64,000 nucleotides of DNA from contig NC_079168.1 in the NCBI RefSeq assembly GCF_947568905.1, forward strand, positions 87,854,001-87,918,000. The letters are read 5' to 3'. The position numbers and the translations under genes are program-made. Shown here one piece after another: positions 26,281 through 38,900 of this stretch (positions are counted from its first letter, which is position 1; each line of letters opens with the position of its first letter). The notes under the pieces are model-generated. The model was given only the letters and a program-made list of their open reading frames with translations, had not been told where the DNA came from and did no database searches. This DNA is from Ostrea edulis (Eukaryota).

Positions 26281-28123
26281 CACTCTAAAAATGGTGTTTA
26301 GATCCTAAACACAAAGTTAAACACATTTCTTGTGTACAGTTTTGAACGCGTTCTAAATCTAAACATGTTTAACACTTTCTGTGTTTAGGTTTTAAACATG
26401 TTTAACACTTCTTACGTTTAGGTTTTGAACATGTTCAACCCAATGTGTTTAGGTTTTGAACATGTTTAATTCTCTTTGTGTTTAGGTTTGGAGCACGTCT
26501 AACTAATTGTGTTTAGGTTTTGAACATGTTTAATTCTTTTTATGTTTAGGTGTAGAACATGTTTAACCCTTATTATGTTTAGGTTTTGAACATGTTTACC
26601 CTTATTGTGTTTAGGTTTTGAACACGTTTACCTCTTTTGTGTTTAGGTTTTGAACATGTTTAGTTCTCCTTGTATTTAGGTTTTGACTTTGTCTCAATTA
26701 CAAAATGATTTGCTAACCTTCTATTTAAAACTCAATCCACAGCATTAAAGAGTCTTAAATAGTAGCTTTCTCTTCTATTATAGGAGAATAACATTGCAAA
26801 ATCTAGCAAGAATATCCCTTGCATTACAAACTGTGTCTATGGGATCCATGATGTTTCAAATCGAACAATGCGGGTAAAGTGATTTTCTACACACAAAGAA
26901 CACCGGAAAACACTTATAAACAGATATATTCACAAATACACAGAACAACTTACAAGGGGTTAACAAATACAATAACTACACTGCTGCACTTTCTAAAACA
27001 CGTCCGATTGCCTAGAGTTCGCGGGTAAGAGAGAGAGAAAATCACGTGCAGGCTCAGAGGACTCCGAGCCCGACCAGAAATACTAAAAATCCACCCCCCA
27101 AAATCACTACACGGGTTTGGGCGGTTCTTCTCAAATTACATTGCAAGTCTATTTCTATATTCTAATTGCCGAAACAACACGGTTGACATTTCCGCGATAC
27201 ATGTTAAAGACAAAACCATTAAAAATCACTTATGCACATATCAAAAGGGATAAAAAGTAAACTATACATGGTTAAATATCATCCGGCAAGTACAACTTCA
27301 ACAATTTTTTTGTCTTTGATATGCTAGTTTTCGCATAACAGGCACTGTCACATGTTGAATTAAAAAAAAAAAAGGGGGGGGCATCAATTGCAACTGATGT
27401 TCTCTTTCACAAGATTTAAATGAATTTTGTTCCAATGCAAAGTAAGAGTGATGCATTGGTTTAAATTAACACTAAAGGCACGTCTAATACCAGAGACAAT
27501 GAATTACACTATTTTTTTAAATTCAATATGTATGTGTCCAGACCTGTTCAAGTTGAAATGGAATTCCAGATCAAAATTTTCTGGATACTCCTAAACTCTG
27601 CTCATTTCCAACAGGAAAGGGTTGAAGCCCATAGACGGCTCTTCTAATGGTTCCATCAATTTTGGATATCGACCTCGACAGTGTATACTTGCAATACGGC
27701 GTATGATGTACACTATGGTCACTATCGGGACCTGGTACACTATAGCAGTTTGAAGTATGGCAATTCTGACATGCAATTTTTTCTGCAATTCGAATTTCAT
27801 TTACAGAAGACAGGAATATTCTACATGAAGACTGTAAAACTAATGTCAACAATGTTACTAAGCTTATCATGTTCAAAACCTAAACGCATAGACGTTTAGG
27901 ATTGTGTTTAGACGTTTAGGAATGTGTTTAGCAAGTGTTTAGCATGTTATTTTGTGTTTAGATACTGTATTTTTGCATAGCTAAACATGTTCTCAGTCTG
28001 AACATGTTTAGGGTAGAACATGTTTATTACACTTCGCGTTTAGGATATAAGCCCGATCCTAAACACGTTTAGACCTAAACACGTTTAAAAAGTGTTCCAA
28101 ACCTAAACATTGTTTTTAGAGTG
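26281..28123. mobile_element. 1843-bp non-autonomous TIR DNA transposon (CACTCTAAAAA termini, TA TSD, subterminal repeat arrays); CMC/EnSpm-like by inference
   Basis: TA at 26279-80 and 28124-25. TIR of about 21 bp with 3 mismatches. About ten ~33-bp tgtgtttaggttttgaacatgttt repeats at the left end, with inverted versions at 27880-28110. It splits a PLE codon pair exactly. Confidence 0.9.
27571..27831 (-). CDS. Exon-like Cys-rich ORF inside the TIR element (SSCRIFLSS...IACQNCHTSNCYSVPG...VSRKF*)
   Basis: Phase-0 acceptor gttttacag at 27832-33 inside track ORF 27571..27876. It is in frame with the exons at 31477-31710. Linkage is unproven. Confidence 0.3.
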   Translation of the reverse strand, partial: SSCRIFLSSVNEIRIAEKIACQNCHTSNCYSVPGPDSDHSVHHTPYCKYTLSRSISKIDGTIRRAVYGLQPFPVGNEQSLGVSRKF

Positions 28124-28859
28124 TACGCAGAATAACCTCTTGCGTATCGAATCAGTTGAGATATATAAACACCATACGCAGGTGATAATGGAATGTTGCT
28201 ACATAAATATGGGAAGTTGACGATGGAGGGGCTTTTGTTAGTTTTCCGGTGATATCTACTTTCAATAGAATATCTAAGTATGTAGCAGAAGTGGACGACT
28301 CTGTGGTGTTTTTTTTATTTCGAGTTCACTGGGATATATCGAATTGAGATATGAATGAAAATTATTATTGTTAATAGATGATACGTCGTCGATATACATG
28401 TATTTAAATGTCGAATTGACATTAGCATTTTTCTACATGAGAAGAAAAAATATCTTGCTGTGACCTTCCATTCGACATTTAGATATATCGACGACGTAAT
28501 AATTTTCATTCATATCCCATTCGATATATCCCAGTCAACTCGAAATAAAAGACACCACAGAGTTGTCCACTTCAGCTTCATTCATAATGACAATGAAATA
28601 AGGATGACTTTGTATTATAACAATAGTATGACCTTGTGGAAATGAAAATGGAATAAGATGACATTGAAATAAGGATGGCGTTATTCCTATTCCATTGTCA
28701 TTGCTGCCGGTCATCAATTGTGTAATGTCAGCCTTATTCAAAGGTCTGAATCTCACTCTAAACCCCTTAAAGAGCACGTACTCCATATATGAGATGGTTT
28801 ATGAGACCCCCCACCCTGTTTTCAGTAGATGTAGAATCTAACTATGATATATCATATTT

Positions 28860-29050
28860 GCAGATTACTCAATTTACCTGATCGGGGTATAAGGCTCTCA
28901 GATCGGGTGTGACCGGTCAACAGGGAATGCTTACCCCTATTAGGCACCTGATCCCACCTCTTGTATATCCAGGGGCCCGTGTTTGCCCAACTCTATTTTG
29001 TCTTTCTCATATGAGTTATGAGATTGATCACATGCATGCTCTTTATCTTC
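28860..29050 (+). mobile_element. 3' end fragment of a Penelope-like retroelement
   Basis: Diverged reverse complement of 25890-26070. Its 3' end abuts the 25-bp array. Confidence 0.7.
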
Positions 29051-29065
29051 AGTAGAATGATCAAA

Positions 29066-30435
29066 ATAACAGATATAATATAGGAACCAAACTACAGATA
29101 TAATATAGGAACCAAACAACAGATATAATATTGGAACCAAACTACAGATATAATATAAGAACCAAACTACAGATATAATATAAGAACCAAACTACAGATA
29201 TAATATAGGAACCAAACAACAGATATTATATAGGAACCAAACTACAGATATAATATAGGAACCAAACTACAGATATAATATAGGAACCAAACTACAGATA
29301 TAATATAGGAACCAAACAACAGATATTATATAGGAACCAAACTACAGATATGATATAGGAACCAAACTACAGATATAATATAGGAACCAAACTACAGATA
29401 TAATATAGGAACCAAACAACAGATATAATATAGGAACCAAACTACAGATATAATATAGGAACCAAACTACAGATATAATATAGGAACCAAACTACAGATA
29501 TAATATAGGAACCAAACAACAGATATAATATAGGAACCAAACTACAGATATAATATAGGAACCAAACTACAGATATAATATAGGAACCAAACTACTGATA
29601 TTATGTAGGAACCAAACTACAGATATAATATAGGAACCAAACTACATGTATAATATAGGAACCAAACTACATGTATAATATAGGAACCAAACTACAGATA
29701 TAATATAGGAACCAAACTACATGTATAATATAGGAACCAAACTACATGTATAATATAGGAACCAAATTACATGTATAATATAGGAACCAAACTACATGTA
29801 TAATATAGGAACCAAACTACAGATATAATATAGGAACCAAACTACAGATATAATATAGGAACCAAACTACAGATATAATATAGGAACCAAACAACATATA
29901 TAATATAGGAACCAAACTACAGATATAATATAGGAACCAAACTACAGATATAATATAGGAACCAAACTACAGATATAATATAGGAACCAAACTACATGTA
30001 TAATATAGGAACCAAACTACAGATATAATATAGGAACCAAACTACATGTATAATATAGGAACCAAACTACATGTATAATATAGGAACCAAACTACAGATA
30101 TAATATAGGAACCAAACTACAGATATAATATAGGAACCAAACTACCGATATAATATAGGAACCAAACAACAGATATAATATAGGAACCAAACTACAGATA
30201 TAATATAGGAACCAAACTACAAATATAATATAGGAAACCAAACAACAGATATAATATAGGAACCAAACTACCGATATACTATAGGAACCAAACAACAGAT
30301 ATAATATAGGAACCAAACTACAGATATATTATAGGAACCAAACTACAGATATAATATAGGAACCAAACTACAGATATAATATAGGAACCAAACTACAGAT
30401 ATATATATAATATAGGAACCAAACTATAGATATAG
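29066..30435. repeat. 25-bp satellite (taggaaccaaactacagatataata), about 55 copies
   Basis: Period of 25 seen directly (29231, 29256, ...). Confidence 0.97.
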
Positions 30436-30438
30436 TAT

Positions 30439-30660
30439 GAAAGGTGAAGATAATGAACAGTGACCAATCTCATAACTCCTATTAGTAACTCAAAATAGTT
30501 GGACAAACACGGACCCCTGGACTCACCAGAGGTGGGATCAGGTGCCTAGAAGGAGTAAGCATCCCGTCGACCGGTCACACCCGCCGTGAGCTAGGGCTAT
30601 ATATCCTGATCAGGTAAACAGAGTTATCCGTAGTCAAAATCAGTGTGCAAAGAACGGCCC
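30439..30660 (-). mobile_element. 3' end fragment of a Penelope-like retroelement
   Basis: Similar to 25884-26100. A residual satellite unit (aacaac...ataggaacca) follows it at 30661-30679. Confidence 0.8.
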
Positions 30661-30986
30661 AACAACAAAATAGGAACCATAATGCTTGTGTAGCAAAATC
30701 CGACAACCAAATGTGCTTTCAACACAGATTATTTGTACGATATCGTCATTGAAAAGTTAAATCGGGCAGATCCACTTTTCTCTTTTAATCATTTTATGTA
30801 GACATCCACTATTTGATTAGTCCAGCATCCATGTTTTAGTCCATCACTAGTATGACAGAGTGATAGTTGTCTACATATACTGGTAGGAGCCCTTCATTGT
30901 AACACCACTAATCATTGTTAAATTCCAGTGGCAAATCATCGATAGGTGAGAAGCAATTAACATTTGAATGACTCCATTGGTGAAGT

Positions 30987-31459
30987 CAGGGGCGTAGCTT
31001 CGTTAGGCTCAAGTAGGCAGGTGCCTACACATTTTTGTCCCTTTATTTTCAAACGCATATTAAATTTGTCCATAAATGTTTGCAAAATTAACACATATAT
31101 ATTTCTAGTATTTAAAATAGGATATAAAATTATCATTCTGTCGGACCTTTTCTTTTTATAATGTATTCTACATAATGTTTATATATTTTTTTCTAAACTT
31201 TGGTGATCACAATGACTCGCTCTCGAACTTAACAGTTTAAATTTTTCAAAGGTACTACAATATTTACTGTCTATTGTAATCAGTTTGATGCTCAGAGTAG
31301 TGCAAACGAGTCCTAATATTTGAAATTTTCTCTCGGGGGTGACCCGCTACCCCCATCCCCAGCGAAAGGGGGGCACCCCTCCTGTACCTACCCCCTCGGT
31401 GAAACCTTCAGTTTCATCACGTGTGCCTACACATTAAAACAGTCCTAGCTACGCCCCTG
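30987..31459. mobile_element. 473-bp MITE with CAGGGGCGTAGCT TIRs
   Basis: Perfect 13-bp TIR. The flanks gaagt/gaagg may be a degraded TSD. Confidence 0.85.
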
Positions 31460-31476
31460 GAAGGACAGGTACTCAC

Positions 31477-31710
31477 ACAATAGACACACACTGGAGCTCC
31501 GTCACTGCATGTATATTTTTCCGTGGACATTATCAATGGATTATATTGGAACTTTTTTGTACTTTCAAGATCGAACTGAAAGGGAAGTAACCTCAGCTTA
31601 CAGTATTTCCTCAACACCTCGAAATTTGATACTCTTTAAATCTGCAGCTAACTTACAGCAAGCGCAATAATAATTCCGACTTCGTGTTGGCACCAAGAAG
31701 AGGTTATCAT
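31477..31710 (-). CDS. First two exons of an unrecognised gene: complement(31657..31710, 31477..31575), MITSSWCQHEVGIIIALA + FDLESTKKFQYNPLIMSTEKYTCSDGAPVCVYC
   Basis: gtaagt donor, 81-nt intron, ccctttcag acceptor and gtgagt donor. The 99-nt second exon is open only in phase 0, matching exon 1. Downstream exons are uncertain. Confidence 0.5.
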
Positions 31711-33082
31711 ATCAGTCCTTATATATCCAGTTCAAACCAAACCGGGCAAAAGGGACTGATTTATACTACTATGTCAGCTGATTGGGTTAACCCTTGGTCT
31801 CAAAAAAGTGTTTTTGATTGAAAGAATAAGACCCAATGTGACATGTGCAAATTCTGAAGGATTACTTAACTTTATAAAATGAATAGTAGTTTTGTGAATG
31901 CAGTTAAATATTTCTACCACAGAATACACATTACTTTTTCGCAACACAGATTAATGTACATTTTGAAAATTCATAATATACCAGGCGTCAGTCATTTCAT
32001 GGACAACTGGATCATTTTAGCTTCCACTTTTTTTTTTTTTTTTTTATAAATTATTGGTCAGCTACAATTTACTCTTTTCCATTGCAAAACATTCAATGAA
32101 TACCCTGCTAATTCCACCAATATGGGGAAAAAATCATCAACATTTCAGGATTCTGGAAATATTTCAATGTTGAATTCTTCCATGAATAAACAAGATGTGT
32201 TTGTGAAACACTGATGTCCTAATATGCCCCCCCCCCCCCCCCCCCCAAGGTCAAGAATCGAAGTCTCGTCAAAAGGGTCACATAAAATCCCCATACATTT
32301 AGAAGTACACATAATGTCCAACGTTTAAACTTTCTGCAGACTAAAAGCTGTATGAATATTAATTTTTGGAGACTACATGTATAGCTATTTTTCTGCAACC
32401 ACTTAACATTATACCAGTTTCTAAAAATGCTTGATTTAATGATGACAACATCCCGTTCCTGTCCGTCCAATCCTCTCTAATAATGTTACCACCCACTCTA
32501 TAGAAGGCCACGTTTCCAATTTTCGTTACAGAGTTTGCTTTATAAAATATAACTGTCATCTCATTGGGAAATTAAAATATTTTAGGAATTATTGCGAGTG
32601 GAAACTGCTGAAATTTGGTAGCAATTCTTCATTATGAATAACACTGTCCTTACATATTATGTAATAGAGCCTATGCAGAATAATTGGATAAATTGGCAAG
32701 ATTATATTTGTATCTAATGTACATTATCTTTATAATGCAAATTCACAACACAAGTGACAATAAATGTTTATCATGATTTAATGACAAAACATGAAAAATG
32801 AGAGCATGATGCCTAGCTGCTTAACATGTTTTACACATGTAACACAACGGATATAAAAAACCATCTCTGTATACAAGGTAAATAAAACATCAATATGGTA
32901 CAGAATGGCTCGACACAAGACAAAATTAACTAATTATCTCCCCTGTCATTAGAGGACTGAGACATTAACACAATTCCTCTAACATCCTGCTGTGTCATCT
33001 GTCAGACCTCTCCATTCTCCAGCTTTTACAATGGTCCACATCACAAGTCTGTCTGTACACCCCCTGCCTAAATGTCATTGTT

Positions 33083-35492
33083 CTACTTGGCTGTTGCCAT
33101 CGGATTTCTTAAAATCAGAATCACAGAGTCACCACGAAGGAACATTTTAGAGATGTATCTGTCTTTATTCACAGGTTTAGATTTTTTCTTGCCTTTGCCT
33201 GTTTTTGGAACTTCTGTCCACATCTCTTTTACATTTTCCAACACCATGTTACAGTGTCTGAAAAATTAAGTGAATAAATTACTCAATACTGTATATCAGA
33301 CTAGGATCTGATATAATATCCATGTGCTCATAATAGGGCAGAAATAATGTCTGGCTTTTTCATAAAAATTATGGAATTACATGAATTTGTTTAACTGCAT
33401 TTCTCCATGTGAAAATCAAAACGACATTTACAAACAGAAAGCCAGTGAAACTGAAAGTCAGCAGTTGTACAATGATTGTGATAACGAAAAAAATCAATGT
33501 GTTCCTTGTTTATGCTTCCTCTCATTGACTGATCATCAATTTGTGCGAGTCAACCAATGATGCCAATTTGAAATCAATTCCGATTTTCAGTTGGTCTGAC
33601 AACACTAGCTAGTTGAAACTTCAATGTCAGGGTTGTCACTAATGCAAGAATCTGCTTCCTAGACGCAGAAATTAATTTGGGATGCAAGTTTGTCTGATAT
33701 GGCGAGTCCCGCAGACGCGTCATGGACTCAGAGTAAAAATCATAATTAGGTGCAAATTAGAATTATAATATTCAAATGATAATTAAATAAGATGCAAAAT
33801 GAAGAACATTTTGCCACTGACAGTTATTTATTCTTTTTTTTTTTTTTTTTACATATCGGGATCTATATTTAAAGATAAATGTTTGTCTTCTGGTTGCCAT
33901 TTTTATTGGAATTGAAAGTAGCGTAGTTTGTAAACTTTGGTAGGTTTTACATTTCGTCGGCAAACAAAACTAGTACGCATCTATTTTATCACAATAATAA
34001 TTGGATTAAAATGCTGTTTAATATTTAATAGGGTTGTTGTGATGATAGAAGATTCGGGGAAGTACTTCTGTTGGCGTGGACAATTAGTCGTCTAAGGCCA
34101 AGTCGCGAATGATTAAAAAGAAATCTTACAATTGATATGTTTTGTAGTGCTTCCATTTCGATTGTCTTATATAAAACAGACTCATTAAATATTCACGGGA
34201 CTCATCAAATTTTCATGGGACTCAAGCTGCTTAAAAACCATGAGTTCGGGACTCGTCTTCAATAATTTCTAGTGACAACCCTGAATTTAGTGATGTTATC
34301 AATAACGACAGGAAAATACACAATACAAACTAGATGAATAGCGCTGGTCAAGAAAATCTCAAACTTGGGGAGATACAATCTTTCAAAATGCGACTCACTG
34401 TCATTAGACTACAGAGTTTAATGTTGTCCAAACCCAACGTTAACCAGTACAGAGAAATTCTCAAGTGGTTTTCAAATTGATGTTCTTATCAAAATGGTCT
34501 GTCAGCTATCTTTCCTATCAAAATGAGAGTTTACCTGAGACAGTGCAGTAACTGCATGGTCCTTGCAGATTTTGCTTTAGATCTTATTGACTCTAACATG
34601 TGTTTGTATTTATGTATTTATAATACAACTAGTTGACTATTCAATAGTATGGTGTCAGGATGAATCTTATGCACGCTGCATGTAAAAGACAGACAACAAT
34701 ATCAATTCAAGCATGAAACATTACAAAAAAAAAAATACTTGCTCAGTGAAATGAAAAGCAACGTCATTTACTTGCTGTTCAAAATCTTTGACTCAGAGAG
34801 TACAGCATGGTGCCATAAATGAGACAACTTTCATGTTTTAGGCATTATATTTCAGTCAAGACATGTTAGGGAGAGGGCTCAGCTCTGCGGCGAGCCGTTT
34901 GTCCAAGTTAACTTCTAACCTAGAAGACCTTGTTGTCGATATATTTAATTCATAAATGAAAATATTGACAATTATGCAAAGCCGATGTCAGTTCCACCTT
35001 TATTTAATATATGTATACCTGTCAAAAGCTTTGACTCGGGCAAGGAGTTTCTTGTTGTTTCTGCAGTTGATGAGGACCTGTGTGTTGTTTTTGACGGACT
35101 GAGTGAGGACAGACAGGGGACCCGTGTTGAATTCCTCCTGCTCCCGCTGGGCTAGTTCCTCGGGACTCATCTCGCTCTTGGGTTTCTGCATTAAGGCCCT
35201 ACAAAATTGTCAACATAGAAACGTGGTGCAAGCAAACTGAATAAGATGTATCGGTGTGCACTTTACGTAGTATTTGTAGCTATATTTACAGAGTAACAGA
35301 AGCCAAATTTGATTCAGAAGATGCCGATAATGAAATAGTAAAGTGAGCAAAATCTGCACTTCACAGGGAAAGCCGGCATTATTAGCTCTAGCATTCAACA
35401 TCAGAATTCTGAAAGTGGGCAAATCAAACACAGCATTCATTGTCAGTCTTTCAAAATTATCTTTGAATAAAAAAATGGATATCATACGTCAT
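33083..35492 (-). CDS. SNRPD2: Small nuclear ribonucleoprotein Sm D2, 119 aa; complement(join(35488..35492,35019..35198,33083..33257))
   Basis: [119 protein letters not shown] is nearly identical to known Sm D2. Both introns are GT-AG, phase 2. Confidence 0.97.
33628..34283. mobile_element. 656-bp MITE with CAGGGTTGTCACTA TIRs in SNRPD2 intron 2
   Basis: 14-bp perfect TIR. No TSD recognisable. Confidence 0.75.
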
Positions 35493-35917
35493 CTTTGAGC
35501 AGGATGGTGTTAGATTGATTCAAAATATCTTTGGCGGCTTCCCTCTCTTTGTATACAAACGGAAACGTAAACCGTTCGTTTACTAATACAACACATGCGC
35601 AATTACCCACTTCCGCTTTCATTTTCGAGTTGTCAACATGTGAGTGGTTGATACTATTTTCTCATATTTGTGAACAATATACTTATTGTGCCATATTTAT
35701 TACAGTTTAATGATTTCCTTATAGGATCATGTACCCACAGTAAAATAATAGATCGTATGAAATCTTCACATTATAAAAATTATGTGTAGTTCGAAATTCC
35801 TCTCTTTGCACAGAATGTTGTCTTTTCTCTTTATATTTAAACCCATGACTCACACATTTTTGGTGCTTTTTACTATTTTTTGTTATTTAGAACAGATCTG
35901 ACAAACACGTCTCTACA
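35493..35917. promoter_or_regulatory. Bidirectional promoter region between SNRPD2 and FKBP2
   Basis: Divergent ATGs 425 bp apart. Contains CATGCGCA (35594-35601) and ACTTCCG (35609-35615), plus a probable FKBP2 5' UTR intron (gtgagt at 35640, tttag at 35890). Confidence 0.65.
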
Positions 35918-38900
35918 ATGAGGATTTTTCGGACTGTTCAGGTGGGATTGTTGGTGGCTGTGCTGGCGGCGCTTGTGTCCTGTGAGAACAAGGAGGAAAA
36001 AAAGAAGAAGCTTCAGATCGGTGTAAAAAAAAGAGTGGATCCAGAAAAATGTACCATTAAATCCAGGAAGGGGGATGTGCTAAAAATGCACTACACGGTA
36101 AGAGATAGAGTGTTTACTTAAACCGTTAAAGGCTGAGATTTTAGGCTCTGCCCTAAGATTCACTTGGTCAAAGTTGAAGAATTGCTGCTTGTCAGTCAAG
36201 GTGAAAAGCAATAAAGTAAGTATTGATTGACGTAACAACCCATGTACAGTATGGAAGTTGATACTTAGTGTGTTTTAAGAACAATTAATTTCTCTGGTCG
36301 GGTACTTAAGGGGTGGGGGGAGCATCCTTCAGTACTGTGCATGGATTCAATTCATTAAATATTGTTAGTTCATTAATTTATCCAAAACATGTTATTTCCC
36401 TTGTGGATCACCTACATTGGGAAGGGGGGGGGGGGGGGTTACATTAGATCTATACACGTTATCCATACTTCAGGTGCTTGTGTCGGAAACTCCTTTCATC
36501 AATCCATTGGAGGGATGCCCCAAGTGTGGAGATTGCATGAGTATCTCGTGTGACACGAAAGGAATCGACAGTTCTCTTTCTTCAGACATGATTTTCCCCC
36601 CCAATTTGATACATTAAAATGATCAATAATGAACAGATAATGTATATTTCTGAATTTTATGCTTGATTTATTAAAATCAATGATAAACATTTTGATTAAT
36701 GTACACAACATAAATGATTTCACTGAATTCAAAACATACTGGTACTGGTAATGCAGGTAATATCCTGTGTACAGTAAAACTCGAATATAGCGAACACGGA
36801 TATAGCGAAATTACGGCTATAGCGAAGTGAAAACGATTTCCCCAGCAAATTCTTTATATATTCTATATATAAATCTGTGTTTATAACGAACACGGATATA
36901 GCGAATTTACGGATATAACAAAGTAAATACCTATTCCCCTTGAATTAAAAATGAACGTAAAAATCACCTTTTATAATGAATTTATTGTTTTCATTTTAAA
37001 CTCTTTGTGATTTTTAACAATCGTTTTCCATTGACATAAAGGATCCACACTTATTACAAAATTTATGTTTGTATTTTTTCAGTAAGGTTGTTAACGCAAA
37101 ACAATACTTACACATACATTTAGGAAATATATTGTCGTTAATTAAATTTGAAGTTTGATTGCATTTATTTTATCGTACACTCCTTTATTTGTGTAAAGCA
37201 ACAAGTAAATGTCAATTGCAATAGACTGTACATGTATGTATTGCGCAATTTTTTTTTGACATTTCTCTCTAGACATGTTCTTGCATGACTTAATAATCCA
37301 TCAAGATAAATTATCATATATAAATCAACGTGTATATTTCTTGTATAAAAATATTTCTTCTCGAAAATATATAGGCTTCATTTCTTTTAAAGACAATACA
37401 AACGCAAGTATATCGATTGCTGCTTTCTTAGAGAACTGATACATGTAGAACAAATCAGTTTTATAACGAATTCGTTATATTTGAATTATGAATTCGCTAT
37501 AAACGTATAGCGAATTACGCTTATAGCGAATTTTTATAGAGGGTCCCCAGAAATTCGCTATATCAGAGTTTTACTGTATTTAGGAATGTATAAACAAGCT
37601 AGCATATTTCTTTCGAGGTTTCACACCTGCCTAAAATTAGCTCCACCTGAGGAAAACTGACTGGTTAAAAACCTCAACCTTTAATTGATAAGAAGAATTA
37701 ACTCATCAGGTGGTGTACCAAATGATCTGATAAAACTAAAACATTACAGCTCATCCAAATCTCATAAAAATATCTAGAACTGGTATTAACCTATCAATAT
37801 TTTCACTGTGACATGTATTGCACTGCATTTTCACGAGAGTGCACAACTTAATGAACAACTTGATGCTTTTGTAGGGAACGCTGGAAGATGGAAGTAAATT
37901 TGACAGCAGCTTGGACAGAAATGAACCATTCAAGTTCACTTTGGGGTCTGGACAAGTGATAAAAGGATGGGATCAGGGACTTTTAGGGTAAGTTCATTCT
38001 GGGGTCAAGATCAGGGACTTTTAGGGTACGTTCTCTCTTGGGTCAAGATCAGGGCCTTTTAGGATAAGTTCACTCTGGGGTCAAGATCAGGGACTTTTAG
38101 GGTAAGATCACTCTGGGATCAAGATCAGGGACTATTAGAGTAAGTTCACTCTGGGGTCAAGATCAGGGACTTTAAGGGTAAGTTCACTCTGGGGTCAAGG
38201 TCAGGGACTTTTAGGGTAAGTTCATTCTGGGGTCAAAATCAGGGACTTTAAGGGAAAGTTCACTCTGGGGTCAGATCAAATTGTTGAAAAGGGATGACAT
38301 CAGGGATTCTTTGGTAGGTTGGATACAGAAATTATTAGAATGCTGTTGGTGTCTAAGATTCAAGAAATCTTATTCACAGACTGCAAATTATTATACCTGT
38401 TTGCTGCTTATTTCAAATGTCAGATTAACTGGAAAACAAATTTTAAGTAAGTTATAAACAAATTCAATTGCAGAATGTGTGAAGGAGAGAAGAGGAAGCT
38501 AGTTATTCCCCCTGATATGGGCTATGGTGATCGTGGAGCTCCTCCTAAGATCCCTGGTAAGCTAGAAATATAGATTACTGTGAAATAATTATTTTTTAAT
38601 TTGCAGTGGCCAATTTTCATGGCATGTAAAGATTTTACAGTTTATTTGGGATGTGGATTTGGTTTCTGTACTATGAAACATCATAAAAATTGTGTATTTC
38701 ATTGTGGTTTGAAATTTGTGGGATAAGGGTAACTGCAGAAATGGAGCCCCCATGAAATCTAATACGGCAGTTTCGAGATACGAACTCTTCTGTATAGGAG
38801 GTGCATTTAGTGGAACTTTGAATGCCTAAGTGGGACAGAGTGGATATACAGCCAACGAGGAAGACGATGAAATGTATTAAAAGCGGCTCCTCTTTATAAA

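Larger units (their letters stand above)
25884..28420 (-). mobile_element. Penelope-like retroelement remnant (RT core, thumb and 3' UTR), interrupted at 26281-28123
   Basis: YIDDV...SIYPSELEIK at about 28300-28390 and VNFPYLCSNIPLSPAYGVYISQLIRYARGYSAY at 28124-28225. These continue as SQFLNRGKLLTNKL...FRKFYGRYNDLV (26041-26280) once the insert and one TA are removed. Confidence 0.85.

Noticed and set aside
28940-30316. Hydrophobic ORFs 28940..29140 and 30092..30316
   Set aside because: Translations of the 25-bp satellite.
32359-32559. Coding-like minus-strand ORF downstream of SNRPD2
   Set aside because: No recognisable homology and no phase-compatible link to the 31.7-kb exon.
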